DNA from: Squalus acanthias
Lineage: Eukaryota
Direction: 5' to 3'
Length of the DNA stretch: 64,000 nt
Assembly: GCA_030390025.1 (NCBI GenBank)
Contig: JASTWF010000418.1
Location: 186,001 to 250,000, forward strand
How positions within the stretch are numbered: the first letter of the stretch is position 1; the number at the start of each line of letters is the position of its first letter. Shown here in pieces: positions 25,401-40,400 of the stretch. Under the pieces are notes generated by a model. It did not search any database and was not told the origin of the DNA. It saw only the letters and a program-made list of their open reading frames with translations. A program made the position numbers and the translations under genes.

Positions 25401-28400
25401 CCTACCTCTCCCATCGAAGCCCATCCCTCCAGTCCTCTAACTCTTACATCGAAGCCCATCCCTCCAGTCCCCTAACTCTTACATCGAAGCCCATCCCTCC
25501 GGCTCCCTACCTCTCCCATCGAAGCCCATCCCTCCAGTCCTCTAACTCACCCATCGAAGCCCATCCCTCTAATCCTCTAACTCACCCATCGAAGCCCATC
25601 CCTCTAGTTCTCTACCTCTCCCATCGAAGCCCATCACTCTAATCCCCAAACTCTCCCATTGAAGCCCATCCCTCTAGTCCCCTAACTCTCCCATCGAAGC
25701 CCATCCCTCCAGTACCCTAACTCTCCCATCGAAGTCAATCCCTCCGGCTCCCTAACTCTCCCATCGAAGCCCATCCCTCTAGTCCTCTAACTCACCCATC
25801 AAAGCCCATCCCTCTTGTCCTCTAACTCTCCCATCGAAGCCCATCCCTCTAGTCCCCAAACTCTCCCATCGAAGCCCATCCCTCTAGTCCCCTAACTCTC
25901 CCATCGAAGCCCATCCGTCTAGTCCCCGAACTCTCCTATCAAAGCCAATTTTTCTAGTCCCCTAACTCTCCTATCAAAGCCAATTTTTCTAGTCCCCTAA
26001 CTCTCCCATCGAAGCCCATTTTTCTTGTCCCCTAACTCACAGATCGAAGCCCATCCCTCTAGTCCCCTAACTCTCCCATCGAAGCCCATCCCTCCAATCC
26101 TCTAACTCTCCCATCGATGCCCATCCCTCTAATCCCCTAACTCTCCCATCGAAGCCCATCCCTCTAGTCTCCCCACCCTAACTAGTTCCCCCCTCACACA
26201 TGCCGCCCTCCCCTACCCCAACCCCACCTCCCCTCCCCCTACCCTCTCCACCCCTCCCCCAGCCCCGATCGCTGACTCACCGTCTCCTGCAGTGATCGTG
26301 CTGGTTACTGGGGTTGTCAGTGCCTCGTGTGTAACCTCACAGGTGTAACTGGCTCCCGAACCCCAGTCCTCCCCGGACACCGTCAACTCACTCCTGGACC
26401 TGTAGGTCCCGTCCGGGTTGGCAAGGCACGGCAGAGCCTGGGAGCCGCCGCCCACCTCCGACTCCGCACCGATCCACCGGAAGGATATCGTGTCCGGGTA
26501 GAACCCAGTGGCGGCGCAGGCCAGCGTGGCGGTCTGATTGGTCAGAATCTCCTGGATCGAGGGAGGGACGAGGCGGACGGACGGAGGGGAGGGGGGACGG
26601 GCTGAGGGGGGAAAACAAAACATGGATTAGGAGCCAGGAATCTGCGGGAATGAACTCAACGTCACCTCAGGGAGGCTGGAGGTCAAATCACGGCCCAGAG
26701 AGAGGGGCTGAAGGGTCCTCGCTCTCTGATGGGCAGTGGGTCAGAAAATGACCTCTCTCCCTCGGGAACCTGCAGATTCTACAAAGTAGTTACAGCACAG
26801 AAACAGGCCATTCGGCCCAACTGGTCCATGCCGGTGTTTATGCTCCACTCGAGCCTCCTCCCACCCTTTTCATCAAACCCAATCAGCATATCCTTCTACC
26901 CCTTTCTCCCTCTTATACTTACCTGGTTCCCCTTAAATGCATCTCTGCTTTTCATCTCCATCACTCCCTGTGGTAGCGAGTCCCACATACCCACCACTCT
27001 CTGGGCAAAGAAGTTTCTCCTGAATTCCCGATTGGATTTATCAGTGACTATCTTATATTGACGGCCCCTAGTGCTGGTCTCACCCCACAAGTGAAAATAT
27101 CTTCTCTACGTCTACCCTATCAAACCCTTTCATCATCTTAAAGACCTCTATCAGGTCACCCCTCAGTCTTCTCTTTTCCAGAGAAATGTGCCCCAGGCTG
27201 TTCAGTCTTTCCTGATGGTTATAACCTTTCAGTTCTGGTATCATCCTTGTAAATCTTTTTTACATCTTCTCCAGTGCCTCTATATCCAATTTATAATATG
27301 GAGACCAGAACTGTGCACCGTGCTCCAAGTGTGGTCTAACCAAGGTATATGGAGACCAGAACTGTGCACAGTGCTCTAAGTGTGGTCTAACCAAGGTATA
27401 TGGAGACCAGGACTGTGCACAGTGCTCCAAGTGTGGTCTAACCAAGGTATATGGAGACCAGAACTGTGCACAGTGCTCCAAGTGTGGTCTAACCAAGGTA
27501 TATGGAGACCAGGACTGTGCACAGTGCTCCAAGTGTGGTCTAACCAAGGTATATGGAGACCAGAACTGTGCACAGTGCTCCAAGTGTGGTCTAACCCAGG
27601 TATATGGAGACCAGGACTGTGCACAGTGCTCCAAGTGTGGTCTAACCCAGGTATATGGAGACCAGGACTGTGCACAGTGCTCCAAGTGTGGTCTAACCCA
27701 GGTATATGGAGACCAGAACTGTGCACAGTGCTCCAAGTGTGGTCTAACCCAGGTATATGGAGACCAGAACTGTGCACAGTGCTCTAAGTGTGGTCTAACC
27801 CAGGTATATGGAGACCAGGACTGTGCACAGTGCTCCAAGTGTGGTCTAACCCAGGTATATGGAGACCAGGACTGTGCACAGTGCTCCAAGTGTGGTCTGA
27901 AGGCGTGATCTAGCCTGGGGACCCTCGGTTGTGTATCAATCGCACGTCACTGACCTTCGCTGCGGACCTGTGTCCTGATTGGCTCAGCCAGTGTCCGGTG
28001 AGACACCAGGCAGGTGTAGAGTGATCCTGATGTCCACTGCGAGCTGGAGGCGGTCAGTCTGCTGATCAGGGTATAACTCCCGTCCGGCTGGATGGAGGGG
28101 CCGGTGTCCGCGAAGCCTGAACTGACCGGCTGACCGTCCACCTCCCAGGAGAGCGAGATGTTCCGCGGGTAGAAACCGGTGGCTCCGCAGGTGAGTTTGA
28201 CCTCGCTCCCGGCCGCGATCTCCTCAGGAGGAGGGCGGTGGAGGAAGGTGGAGGGAGGCTGCGGAGATCGCACTGCAAAGGAGAGGGTTAAACATTGTGA
28301 AGATCATTCTCCGGGTAATATCACTTCCAACAAACGCCCATTTATCTCGCCCCTTTAACACAGTAACACCTCCCAACGAGCTTCACAGGAGCGATTAGCA

Positions 28401-31400
28401 AACAAAATTTCACACTGAGCCCCATAAGGAGATATTAGGACAGGTGACCAAAACCTTGGTCAAGGAGGTCGGTTTTAAGGAGCGTCTTAAAGGAGGAGAG
28501 AGAGGCGGAGAGGTTTAGGGAGGGAATTCCAGAGCTTAGGGTCCCAGGCAGCTGAAGGCACGGCCGCCAATGGTGGAGCGATGGGAATCGGGGGATGAGC
28601 AAGAGGCCAGAATTGGAGGAACGCCGAGATCTGGGAGGGTTGTAGGGCTGGAGGAGGTTACAGAGATAAGGAGAGGGGCGAGGGCCATGGAGGGAGTTGG
28701 ACACCAGGATGAGAATTTTGAAAGGGTTGGGGTTTCCGATCAATTCAAAGCAGAGGAATCGGGAACCAGACAGAGGTCACTGACCTGCACAGGAGGGTCA
28801 TCAGGATGTGAGTCAGTGCAAAACAAGAACATGAACACAACCCAACCCTTTCTTACACAACAGGACAATCATTGTCACAAGATCGGGCAAATCACTGTCC
28901 CTGCCCTGGGAGTGATTGATGGGACAGTGTAGAGGGAGCTTTACTCTGTATCTAACCCGTGCTGTACCTGCCCTGGGAGTGTTTGATGGGACAGTGTAGA
29001 GGGAGCTTTACTCTGTATCTAACCCGTGCTGTACCTGCCCTGGGAGTGTTTGATGGGACAGTGTAGAGGGAGCTTTACTCTGTATCTAACCCCGTGCTGT
29101 ACCTTTCCTGGGAGTGTTTGATGGGACAGTGTAGAGGGAGCTTTACTCTGTATCTACACCGTGCTGTACCTAACATAGAAACATAGAAGATAGGAGCAGG
29201 AGTAGGCCATTCGGCCCCTCGAGCCTGCTCCGCCATTCGATGAGATCATGGCTGATCATCTAAACTCAGTACCCTGTACCTGCCTTCTCCCCATATCCCT
29301 TGATACCTTTAGCTTTAAGAAATATATCTAACTCATCCTTGAATATATTTAATGACTTCACCTCAACTACCTTCTGTGGTAGAGAATTCCACAAGTTCAC
29401 CACTCTCTGGGTGAATAAATTCTTCCTCATTTCTGTCCTAAATGGCTTACCCCTTATCCTTAGATTATGACCCCTGCTTCTGGACTCTCCGACCATCGGG
29501 AACATTCTTCCTGCACCTAGTTTGTCCAGACCTGTCAGAATTTTATATGTTTCGATGAGATCCCCTCTCATTCTTCTATACTCCAGTGAGTATAAGCCCA
29601 ATCTCTCCTCATATGTCATTCCTGCCATCCCAGGTATCAGCCTTGTGAATCTTCGCTGAACTCCTTCCATGGCAAGAACATCCTTCCTCAGATAAGGCGA
29701 CCAAAACTGCACACAGTACTCAAGGTGTGGTCTCACCAAGGCCCTGTACAACTGCAGCAGGACATCCCTGTTCCTATACTCAAACCCTTTCGCTATGAAG
29801 GCCAACATACCATTTGCCTTCTTCACCGCCTGCTGCACCTGCATGCTTACTTTCAGCGACTGGTGCACAAGGACACCCAGGTCTCGTTGCACTTCCCCTT
29901 CTCCCAATCTATTGCCATTCAGATAATAGTCTGCCTTTCTGTTTTTGACACCAAAGTGGATAACCTCGCACTTATCCACGTTATATTGCATCTGCCACGC
30001 TTCTGCCCACTCACCCAACCTGTCCATATCATCCTGGAGTTTCTCGCTATCCTCCTCGCTGCACACACTCCCACCCAGCTTTGTGTCATCTGCAGACTTG
30101 GAGATATTACATTTAATTCCCTTATCTAGATCATTAATGTATATTGTGAATAGCTGGGGTCCAAGGACCGATCCCTGCGGTACCCCACTAGTCACTGCTT
30201 GCCACTCGGAAAAAGACCCATTAATTCCTACTCTCTGCTTTCTGTCTGCCAACCAGTTCTCTATCCAAGTCAATACCTTGCCCCCAATCCCATGTGCCTT
30301 AACTTTACCCGCTAATCTCTTATGCGGGACCTTATCGAAAGCCTTTTGAAAGTCCAAATACACCACATCTACTGGTTCTCCCTTATCTATTTTCGCAGTT
30401 ACATCCTCAAAAAATTCCAGTAGATTAGTCAAGCACGATTTACCTTTTGTAAATCCATGTTGACTTTGTCCGATCCTGTCACTGTTTTTCAAATGCTCAG
30501 CTATTACATCTTTTATAATGGGCTCTAGCATTTTCCCCACTACCGATGTCAGGCTTACCGGTCTGTAATTCCCCGCTTTCTCTCTTCCACCCTTTTTGAA
30601 TAGTGGGGTAAAATTAGCTACCCTCCAATCCATGGGTACAGTTCCAGATTCCATCGAATGTCGGAAGATGATCAGCAATGCGCTGGGAGTGTTTGATGGG
30701 ACAGTGTAGAGGGAGCTTTACTCTGTATCTAACCCGTGCTGTACCTGCCCTGAGAGTGTTTGATGGGACAGTGTAGAAGGAGCTTTACTCTGTATCTAAC
30801 CCGTGCTGTACCTGCCCTGGGAGTGTTTGATGGGGCAATGTGGAGGGAGCTTTACTCTGTGTCTAACCACGTGCTGTACCTGCCCTGGGAGTGTTTGATG
30901 GGACAGTGTAGAGGGAGCTTTACTCTGTATCTAACTCGTGCTGTTCCTGTCCAGGGAGTGTTTGATGGGACAGTGTAGAGGGAGCTTTACTCTGTATCTA
31001 ACCCGTGCTGTACATGCCCTGGGAGTGTTTGTTGGGACAGTGTAGAGGGAGCTTTACTCTGTGTCTAACCACGTGCTGTACCTGCCCTGGGAGTGTTTGA
31101 TGGGACAGTGTAGAGGGAGCTTTACTCTGTATCTAACCCGTGCAGTACCTGCCCTGGGAGTGTTTGTTGGGACAGTGTAGAGGGAGCTTTACTCTGTATC
31201 TAACCCGTGCTGTACCTGCCCTGGGAGTGTTTGATGGGACAGTGTAGAGGGAGCTTTACTCTGTATCTAACCCGTGCTGTACCTGCCCTGGGAGTGTTTG
31301 ATGGGACAGTGTAGAGGGAGCTTTACTCTATATCTAACCTGTGCTGTACCTGCCCTGGGAGTGTTTGATGGGACAGTGTAGAGGGAGCTTTACTCTATAT

Positions 31401-34400
31401 CTAACCTGTGCTGTACCTGCCCTGGGAGTGTTTGATGGGACAGTGTAGAGGGAGCTTTACTCTGTATCTAACCCGTGCTGTACCTGCCCTGGGAGTGTTT
31501 GATGGGACAGTGTGCAGGGAGCTGTACTCTCTATCTAAGGGATGAGGTGTATCTTACCGTCATGTTTGCTGAGGGTCTGTGTCAGCGGAGTTGTTGAGGA
31601 AAGGTGTTTGACCAGACAGGTGAAGATCGATCCTGAATCCCATTCCCGGACAGGGACCTTTAACGTGCTGCTGGAACTGTAGGTCCCATTCTCGTGTTGC
31701 GTTGTGTGGCCAGGCTCCGAGGAGAAGGATGTCTGGCGGTTATTGATGAGCCAGGTGAAGGAGATGTTCCTGGGGTGAAATCCGACTGCCTGACACCCCA
31801 ATGCGGCCGTCCCGTTAGTGTCCATTTCATCGTAGGTGGGGGGTAGGACGTAGACGCTGGGAACCGTAGGGTATCGGGCTGGAGATCCACCGGAGAGAGA
31901 ACGGAATGAAGGCATTAGTGGGTGGTGAGAGATCAGGCCCACCTTGGAGCCCCCCAGTTAATCACCCCCCAGACTGGGGGCAACAGCGAGAGCAGCCCCT
32001 CACTCGGAGCCCCCCAGTTAATCACCCCCCAGACCAGGGGGACAGCGAGATCAGCCCCTCACTCAGAGCCCCCCAGTTAATCACCCCCCAGACTGGAGGG
32101 AACAGTGAGATCAGCCCCTCACTCAGAGCCCCCCAGTTAATCGCCCCCCAGACTGGGGGAAACAGCGAGATCAGCCCCTCACTCAGAGCCCCCCAGTTAA
32201 TCGCCCCCCAGACTGGGGGAAACAGCGAGATCAGCCCCTCACTCAGAGCCCCCCAGTTAATCGCCCCCCAGATTGGGGGGGGAACAGTGAGATCAGCCCC
32301 TCACTCAGAGCCCCCCAGTTAATCGCCCCCCAGACTGGGGGCAACAGTGAGATCAGCCCCTCACTCAGAGCCCCCCAGTTAATCGCCCCCCAGACTGGGG
32401 GGAACAGCGAGATCAGCCCCTCACTCAGAGCCCCCTAGTTAATCAACCCCCAGACTGGGGGGAACAGCGAGATCAGCCCCTCACTCTGAGCCCCCCAGTT
32501 AATCAACCCCCAGACTGTGGGCAACAGCGAGATCAGCCCCTCACTCGGAGCCCCCCAGTTCACCGGCCCCCCAGACTGGGGGGAGCAGCGTTGGAGGGTT
32601 TCCGATGTCTGGGTTGTGATTCCGCGGGGGCTCATTAACGACAATCGCGGGAACCCGCTGGATTGAAATGGAAGGGGAGTGGGTGGGGGTGGGGGGGTCC
32701 GGGGAGGAGCGCCCCTCACGATCTGTTCCCCGGGTTACAAACCTCCCCTCCCCAGCGACTGGGAGCCAAGCCCAGGGGTTAACCCACTAAACCTCCAACC
32801 CCCAACTCTCAAATCCCCAGCACGAATCTCCACCTCAAACCGCCCAGCCCAATTCAACCTCCCTAACCCCGACCCCCTCGCTGCCCCCCCGCCCCTCCCC
32901 CCAACAACCCCCAGCAGTCCAGACACTCACCTCTGGTCCTGATCTCCTTGACGATGGGCTGGGTCAGCGTCTGGTGTGAGACGACACACTGGTACTTGTC
33001 CACATCCACCCAGTCTCGACCCCTGACCTCCAGCTGACTGACGGTGGTGTACCGATCCGCGGGGTCTCGGGACAGAGGCTGCTCGGTGATTCCCGACCTC
33101 ACTCGTCTTCCGTCCGAGAACCAGGAGATCCGCACACTGGGGGGGTAGAATCCGCTGACTAGGCAGAGCAGGGGGGTGAAACCGTTCTCCGATATCTCCC
33201 CCGGGGGCGGGTAATGAAGCTGGACCGAGGGAGGAGAGGACGATGGCACTGGAACAAGAATCAAGGGGTCAGTCACTGGCCCGAGTGTCTCTGGCCCTGA
33301 ATCGAGGGGTCAATCACTGACCCGAGTATCTCTGGCCCAGAATCGAAAGGTCAATCAATGACCTCAGTGTCTCTGGCCCAGGATCGAGAGGTCAGTCACT
33401 GGCCCGAGTGTCTCTGGACCAGAATCGAGGTGTCAATCACTGGCCCGAGTGTCTCTGGACCAGAATCGAGGTGTCAATCACTGACCTCAGTGTGTCTGGC
33501 CCAGAATCGAGGGGTCAGTCACTGGCCTCAGTGTCTCTGGCCCAGAATCGAGAGGTCAATCACTGACCTGAGTGTCTCGGGCCCAGAATCGAGGGGTCAA
33601 TCACTGACCTCAGTGTGTCTGGCCCAGAATCGAGGGGTCAGTCACTGACCTCAGTGTGTCTGGCCCAGAATCGACAGTGATTGGACAGTGTAGAGGGAGC
33701 TTTACTCTGTATCTAACCCGTGCTGTACCTGCCCTGGGAGTGTTTGATGGGACAGTGTAGAGGGAGCTTTACTCTGTATCTAACCCCGTGCTGTACCTGC
33801 CCTGGGAGTGTTTGATGGGACAGTGTAGAGGGAGCTTTACTCTGTATCTAACCCCGTGCTGTACCTGCCCTGGGAGTGTTTGATGGGACAGTGTAGAGGG
33901 AGCTTTACTCTGTATCTAACCCCGTGCTGTACCTGCCCTGGGAGTGTTTGATGGGACAGTGCAGAGGGAGCTTTACTCTGTATCTAACCCGTGCTGTACC
34001 TGCCCTGGGAGTGTTGATGGGACAGTGTAGAGGGAGATTTACTCTGTATCTAACACCGTGCTGTACCTGATCCTGGGAGTGTTTGATGGGACAGTGTAGA
34101 GGGAGCTTTACTCTGTATCTAACCCCGTGCTGTACCTGCCCTGCGAGTGTTTGATGGGACAGTGTAGAGGGAGCTTTACTCTGTATCTAACCCGTGCTGT
34201 ACCTGCCCTGGGAGTGTTTGATGGGACAGTGTAGAGGGAGCTTTACTCTGTATCTAACCCGTGCTATACCTGCCCTGGGAGTGTATGATGGGACAGTGTA
34301 GAGGGAGCTTTACTCTGTGTCTAACCCGTGCTCTACCTGCCCTGGGAGTGTTTGATGGGACAGTGTAGAGGGAGCTTTACTCTGTATCTAACCACTTGCT

Positions 34401-37400
34401 GTACCTGCCCTGGGAGTGTTTGATGGGACAGTGTAGAGGGAACTTTACACTGTATCTAACCCGTGCTGTACCTGCCCAGGGAATGTTTGATGGGACAGTG
34501 TAGAGGGAGCTTTACTCTGTCTCTAACCCGTGCTGTACCTGCCCTGGGAGTGTTTGATGGGACAGTGTAGAGGGAGCTTTACTCTGTATAGTCAGAGTAG
34601 AAATAGGAGGATATTTCAAATGAATACGTGGCTAGAGGAATGGTGCAAGGGGGAGGGATTCAAATTCCTTGGACATTGGAACCGGTTCTGGGGGAGGTGG
34701 GACCAGTACAAACGGGACGGTCTGCACCTGGGCAGGGCCGGGACTGATGTCCTCGGGGGAGTGTTTGCTAGTGCTGTTGGGGAGGGTTTAAACTAAAGTG
34801 GCAGGGGGTTGGGAACCTGAGCAGGGAGACAGAGGAAAGGGAAATAAGGATAAAAGCTAAAGACAGGATGGAGAAAAACAAAAGTAGAAGGCAAAGAACT
34901 CAACGGTTTAAATCAAACATGGTCACAGTAAATAACAATTCATATAGGTCTGAGAGCGTTAAAAAAACAAGCCTGAAGGCTTTGTGTCTTAATGCAAGGA
35001 GCATTCGGAACAAGGTGGATGAATTAGCTGCGCAAATAGAGGTAAATGAATACGATTTGATTGGGATTACAGAAACATGGCTCCAGGGTGGCCAAGGCTG
35101 GGAACTCAACATCCAGGGTTATTCAATATTTAGGAAAGATAGGCAAAAAAGAAAGGGAGGTGGGGTAGCATTGCTGGTTAAAGAGGGGATTAACACAATT
35201 GAAAGGAAGGATATTAGCTCTGATGATGCGGAATCTGTATGGGTAGAACTGAGAAATAACAAGGGGCAGTAAACGTTAGTGGGAGTGGTATATAGACCTC
35301 CAAACAGTAATACGGAGGTTGGGGACGGCATTAAAAGGGAAATTAGAGAAGCATGCAGTAAGGGCACAGCAGTCATCATGGGTGACTTTAATTTACATAT
35401 AGATTGGGCTAACCAAATTAGTAAAAATACTGTGGAGGAGGAATTCCTAGCATGTTTACGAGATGGTTTTCTGGAACAATATGTCGAGGAACCAACCAGA
35501 GATCAGGCCATCTTAGACTGGGTATCATGCAACGAGAAAGGATTAATTAGCAATCTTGTTGTACGAGGCCCCTTGGGTCAGAGTGATCATAATATGATAG
35601 AATTCTTCATTAGGATGGAGAGTGAAGTAGTTGAATCAGAGACTAGGGTCCTGAATTTAAATAAAGGAAACTACGATGGTATGAGGCGCGAATTGGGTAG
35701 GATTGATTGGGGAATGTCACTCAAGGGGTTGACGGTGGATAGGCAATGGCAAACATTCAAAGACTGCATGGATGAACTACAGAATTTGTACATCCCAGTG
35801 TGGCATAAGAATAAAACAAAAAGGGTGACTCAACCGTGGCTAACAAGGGAAATTAGGGATAGCATAAGATCCAAGGAGAGGGCATATAAATTGGCCAGAA
35901 AAAGCGGTAGCCCTGAGGATTGGGAGCAGTTTAGGATTCAACAAAGGAGGACAAAGGGATTAATTAAGAAGGGGAAAATAGAATATGAAAGTAAGCTTGC
36001 TGGGAACATAAAAACTGACTGTAAGAGCTTTTATAGATATGTGAAGAGAAAAAGATTAGTTAAATCAAGTGTAGGTCCCTTGCAGTCAGAAGCGGCGGAA
36101 GTTATAATGGGGAATAAAGAAAAGGCAGCCCAATTAAATGCATATTTTGGTTCTGTCTTCACAAAGGAGGACACAAATAAGCTCCCAGAGATGTTGGAGA
36201 ACATACGGTCTGATGAAAGGGAGGAACTGAAAGAAATCAGTATTTGCAGGGAAATGGTGTTAGGGAAATTGACGGTATTGAAGGCCGATAAATCCCCAGG
36301 GCCTGATAATCTACATCCTAGGGTACTTAAGGAAGTGGCCCTAGAAATAGTAGATGCATTGCTGATCATCTTCCAACATTCGATGGAATCTGGAACTGTA
36401 CCCATGGATTGGAGGGTAGCTAATGTTACCCCACTATTCAAAAAGGGTGGTAGAGAGAAAGCGGGGAATTACAGACCGGTAAGCCTGACATCGGTAGTGG
36501 GGAAAATGCTAGAGTCCATTATAAAGGATGTAATAGCTGAGCATTTGAAAAACAGTGACAGGATCGGACAAAGTCAACATGGATTTACAAAAGGTAAATC
36601 GTGCTTGACTAATCTACTGGAATTTTTTGAGGATGTAACTGGGAAAATAGATAAGGGAGAACCAGTAGATGTGGTGTATTTGGACTTTCAAAAGGCTTTC
36701 GATAAGGTCCCGCATAAGAGATTAGCGGGTAAAGTTAAGGCACATGGGATTGGGGGCAAGGTATTGACTTGGATAGAGAACTGGTTGGCGGACAGAAAGC
36801 AGAGAGTAGGAATTAATGGGTCTTTTTCCGAGTGGCAAGCAGTGACTAGTGGGGTACCGCAGGGATCGGTCCTTGGACCCCAGCTATTCACAATATACAT
36901 TAATGATCTAGATAAGGGAATTAAATGTAATATCTCCAAGTTTGCAGATGACACAAAGCTGGGTGGGAGTGTGTGCAGCGAGGAGAATAGCGAGAAACTC
37001 CAGGATGATCTGGACAGGTTGGGTGAGTGGGCAGAAGCATGGCAGATGCAATATAACGTGGATAAGTGCGAGGTTATCCACTTTGGTGTCAAAAACAGAA
37101 AGGCAGACTATTATCTGAATGCAATAGATTGGGAGAAGGGGAAGTGCAACGAGACCTGGGTGTCCTTGTGCACCAGTCGCTGAAAGTAAGCATGCAGGTG
37201 CAGCAAGCGGTGAAGAAGGCAAATGGTATGTTGGCCTTCATAGCGAAAGAGTTTGAGTATAGGAACAGGGATGTCCTGCTGCAGTTGTACAGGGCCTTGG
37301 TGAGACCACACCTTGAGTACTGTGTGCAGTTTTGGTCGCCTTATCTGAGGAAGGATGTTCTTGCCATGGAAGGAGTTCAGCGAAGATTCACAAGGCTGAT

Positions 37401-40400
37401 ACCTGGGATGGCAGGAATGACATATGAGGAGAGATTGGGTCGATTGGGCTTATACTCGCTGGAGTATAGAAGAATGAGAGGGGATCTCATCGAAACATAT
37501 AAAATTCTGACAGGTCTGGACAAACTAGATGCAGGAAGAATGTTCCCGATGGTCGGAGAGTCCAGAACCAGGGGTCATAATCTACGGATAACGGGTAAAC
37601 GATTTAGGACAGAAATGAGAAAGAATTTCTTCACCCAGAGAGTAGTGAACCTGTGGAATTCTCTACCACAGAAGGTAGTTGAGGCGAAGTCATTAAATAT
37701 ATTCAAGGATAAGTTAGATATATTTCTTAAAGCTAAAGGTATCAAGGGATATGGGGAGAAGGAAGGTACAGGGTACTGAGTTTAGATGATCAGCCATGAT
37801 CTCATCGAATGGCGGAGCAGGCTCGAGGGGCCGAATGGCCTACTCCTGCTCCTATCTTCTATGTTTCTATGTTATGTTTCTAACCCGTGCTGTACCTGCC
37901 CTGGGAGTGTTTGATGGGACAATATGGAGGGAGCTTTACTCTGTATCTAACCTCTACTGCACCTGCCCTGGGAGTCTTTGATGGGACAGTGTAGAGGGAG
38001 CTTTACTCTGTATCTAACCCCGTGCTGTACCTGCGCTGGGCGTGTTTGATGGGACAGTGTAGAGGGAGCTTTACTCTGTATCTAACCAGTGCTGTACCTG
38101 CCCTGGGAGTGTTTGATGGGACAGTGTAGAGGGAGCTTTACTCTGTATCTAACCCGTGCTGTACCTGCCCTGGGAGTGTTTGATGGGACAGTGTAGAGGG
38201 AGAGGGTGTTGTGTAATGAGGAAGGACTAATCAGCAATCTTGTGGTACGAGGCCCCCTGGGGAAGAGTGACCATAGTATGGTGGAGTTCTACATTAGGAT
38301 GGAGAAGGAAACAGTTAAGTCAGAGACCATGGTCCAGAACTTAAATAAGGGCAACTTTGAGGGTATGAGGCGTGAATTGGTGAGGTTAAATTGGCAAGCG
38401 ATATTTAAGGGGCTATCAGTGGAAGGGCAATGGCAGACATTTAGAGATCGCATGGATGAACTACAACAATTGTACATCCCGGTCTGGCGTAAAAATAAAA
38501 AAGGGAAGGTGGCTCAACCATGGCTAACAAGGGAAATCAGGGATAGTATTAAAACCAAGGAAGTTGCATACAAATTGGCCAGAAGTAGCAGCAAACCCGG
38601 GGACTGGGAGAACTTCAAAACTCAGCAGAGGAGGACGAAGGGTTTGATTAGGACAGGGAAAATAAAATATGAAAGGAAGCTTGCAGAGAACATTAAAATG
38701 GACTGCAAAAGCTTCTATAAATATGTAAAAGGAAAGAGGTTAGTAAAAACAAACGTAGGTCCCCTGCAGTCGGAAACAGGGGAAGACGTAATGGGGAACA
38801 AGGAAATGGCTGATCAATTGAACAAGTACTTTGGTTCGGTGTTTACTGTGGAGGACACACACAACCTGCCGGAAATAAAAGGGGTCAGAGGATCTGGTAA
38901 GAGGGAGGAGCTAAGGGAAATCCTTATTAGTCGGGAAAAGGTATTGGGAAAATTGATGGGACTGAAGGCTGAAAAATCCCCGGGGCCTGATGGTCTGCAT
39001 CCCAGAGTACTTAAGGAGGTGGCCTTGGAAATAGTGGATGCATTGACGATCATTTTCCAACATTCCTTAGACTCTGGATCAGTTCCGATGGAGTGGAGGG
39101 TGGCCAATGTAACCCCTCTTTTTAAAAAAGGAGGGAGGGAGAAAGCTGGGAATTATAGACCGGTCAGCCTGACATCGGTCGTGGGTAAAATGATGGAAGC
39201 AATTATTAAAGATGTCATAACAGACCATTTGGAAAGTGGCGACATGATAGGTCCAAGTCAGCATGGATTTGTGAAAGGGAAATCATGCTTGACAAATCTT
39301 CTGGAATTTTTTGAGGATGTTTCCAATAGGGTGGACAGGGGGGAACCAGTAGATGTGGTGTATTTGGACTTTCAGAAGGCCTTCGACAAGGTCCCACACA
39401 AGAGATTGGTGAGCAAAGTTAAAGCACATGGGATTGGGGGTAATGTGTTGACGTGGATTGAGAACTGGTTGGCACACAGGAAACAAAGAGTAGGAGTAAA
39501 TGGGTACTTTTCAGAATGGCAGGCAGTGACCAGCGGGGTACCGCAGGGTTCGGTGCTGGGACCCCAGCTGTTTACATTATATATTAATGATTTGGACGAA
39601 GGGATTAAATGTAATATCTCCAAATTTGCGGATGACACTAAATTGGGAGGCAGTGTGAACAATGAGGAGGATGCTAGGAGGCTACAGAGTGACTTGGACA
39701 GGTTGGGTGAATGGGCAAATGTATGGCAGATGAAGTACAATGTGGATAAATGTGAGGTTATCCACTTTGGTGGTAAAAATAGAGAGGCGGACTACTACCT
39801 GAATGGTGGCAGATTAGGGAAAGGGGAGGTGCAACGAGACCTGGGCGTCATGGTACATCAGTCACTGAAGGTGGGAATGCAAGTGCAGCAGGCAGTCAAG
39901 AAAGCAAACGGAATGATGGCCTTCATAGTAAGGGGATTTGAGTACAGGAGTAGGGAGGTGATGCTGCAGTTGTACAGGGCCTTGGTGAGGCCACACCTGG
40001 TGTATTGTGCGCAGTTTTGGTCTCCTAACTTAAGGAAGGACATTCTTGCTATTGAGGGAGTGCAGCGAAGGTTCACTAGATTGATTCCTGGGATGGCCGG
40101 TCTGACATATCAAGAAAGATTGGGTCAACTGAACTTGTATCCTCTGGAGTTCAGAAGAATGAGGGGGGATCTTATAGAGACATTTAAAATCCTGACTGGT
40201 TTAGACAAATTAGATGCGGGCAGAATGTTCCCAATGTTAGGGAAAACTAGAACCAGGGGTCACAGTCTAAGGATTAAGGGGAAGCAATTTAAGACTGAGC
40301 TGAGGAGGAACTTCTTCACCCAGAGAGTGGTGAATCTATGGAATTCTCTTCCACAGAAGGTTGTTGAGGCCAGTTCGCTAAATATATTCAAAAGGGAGTT

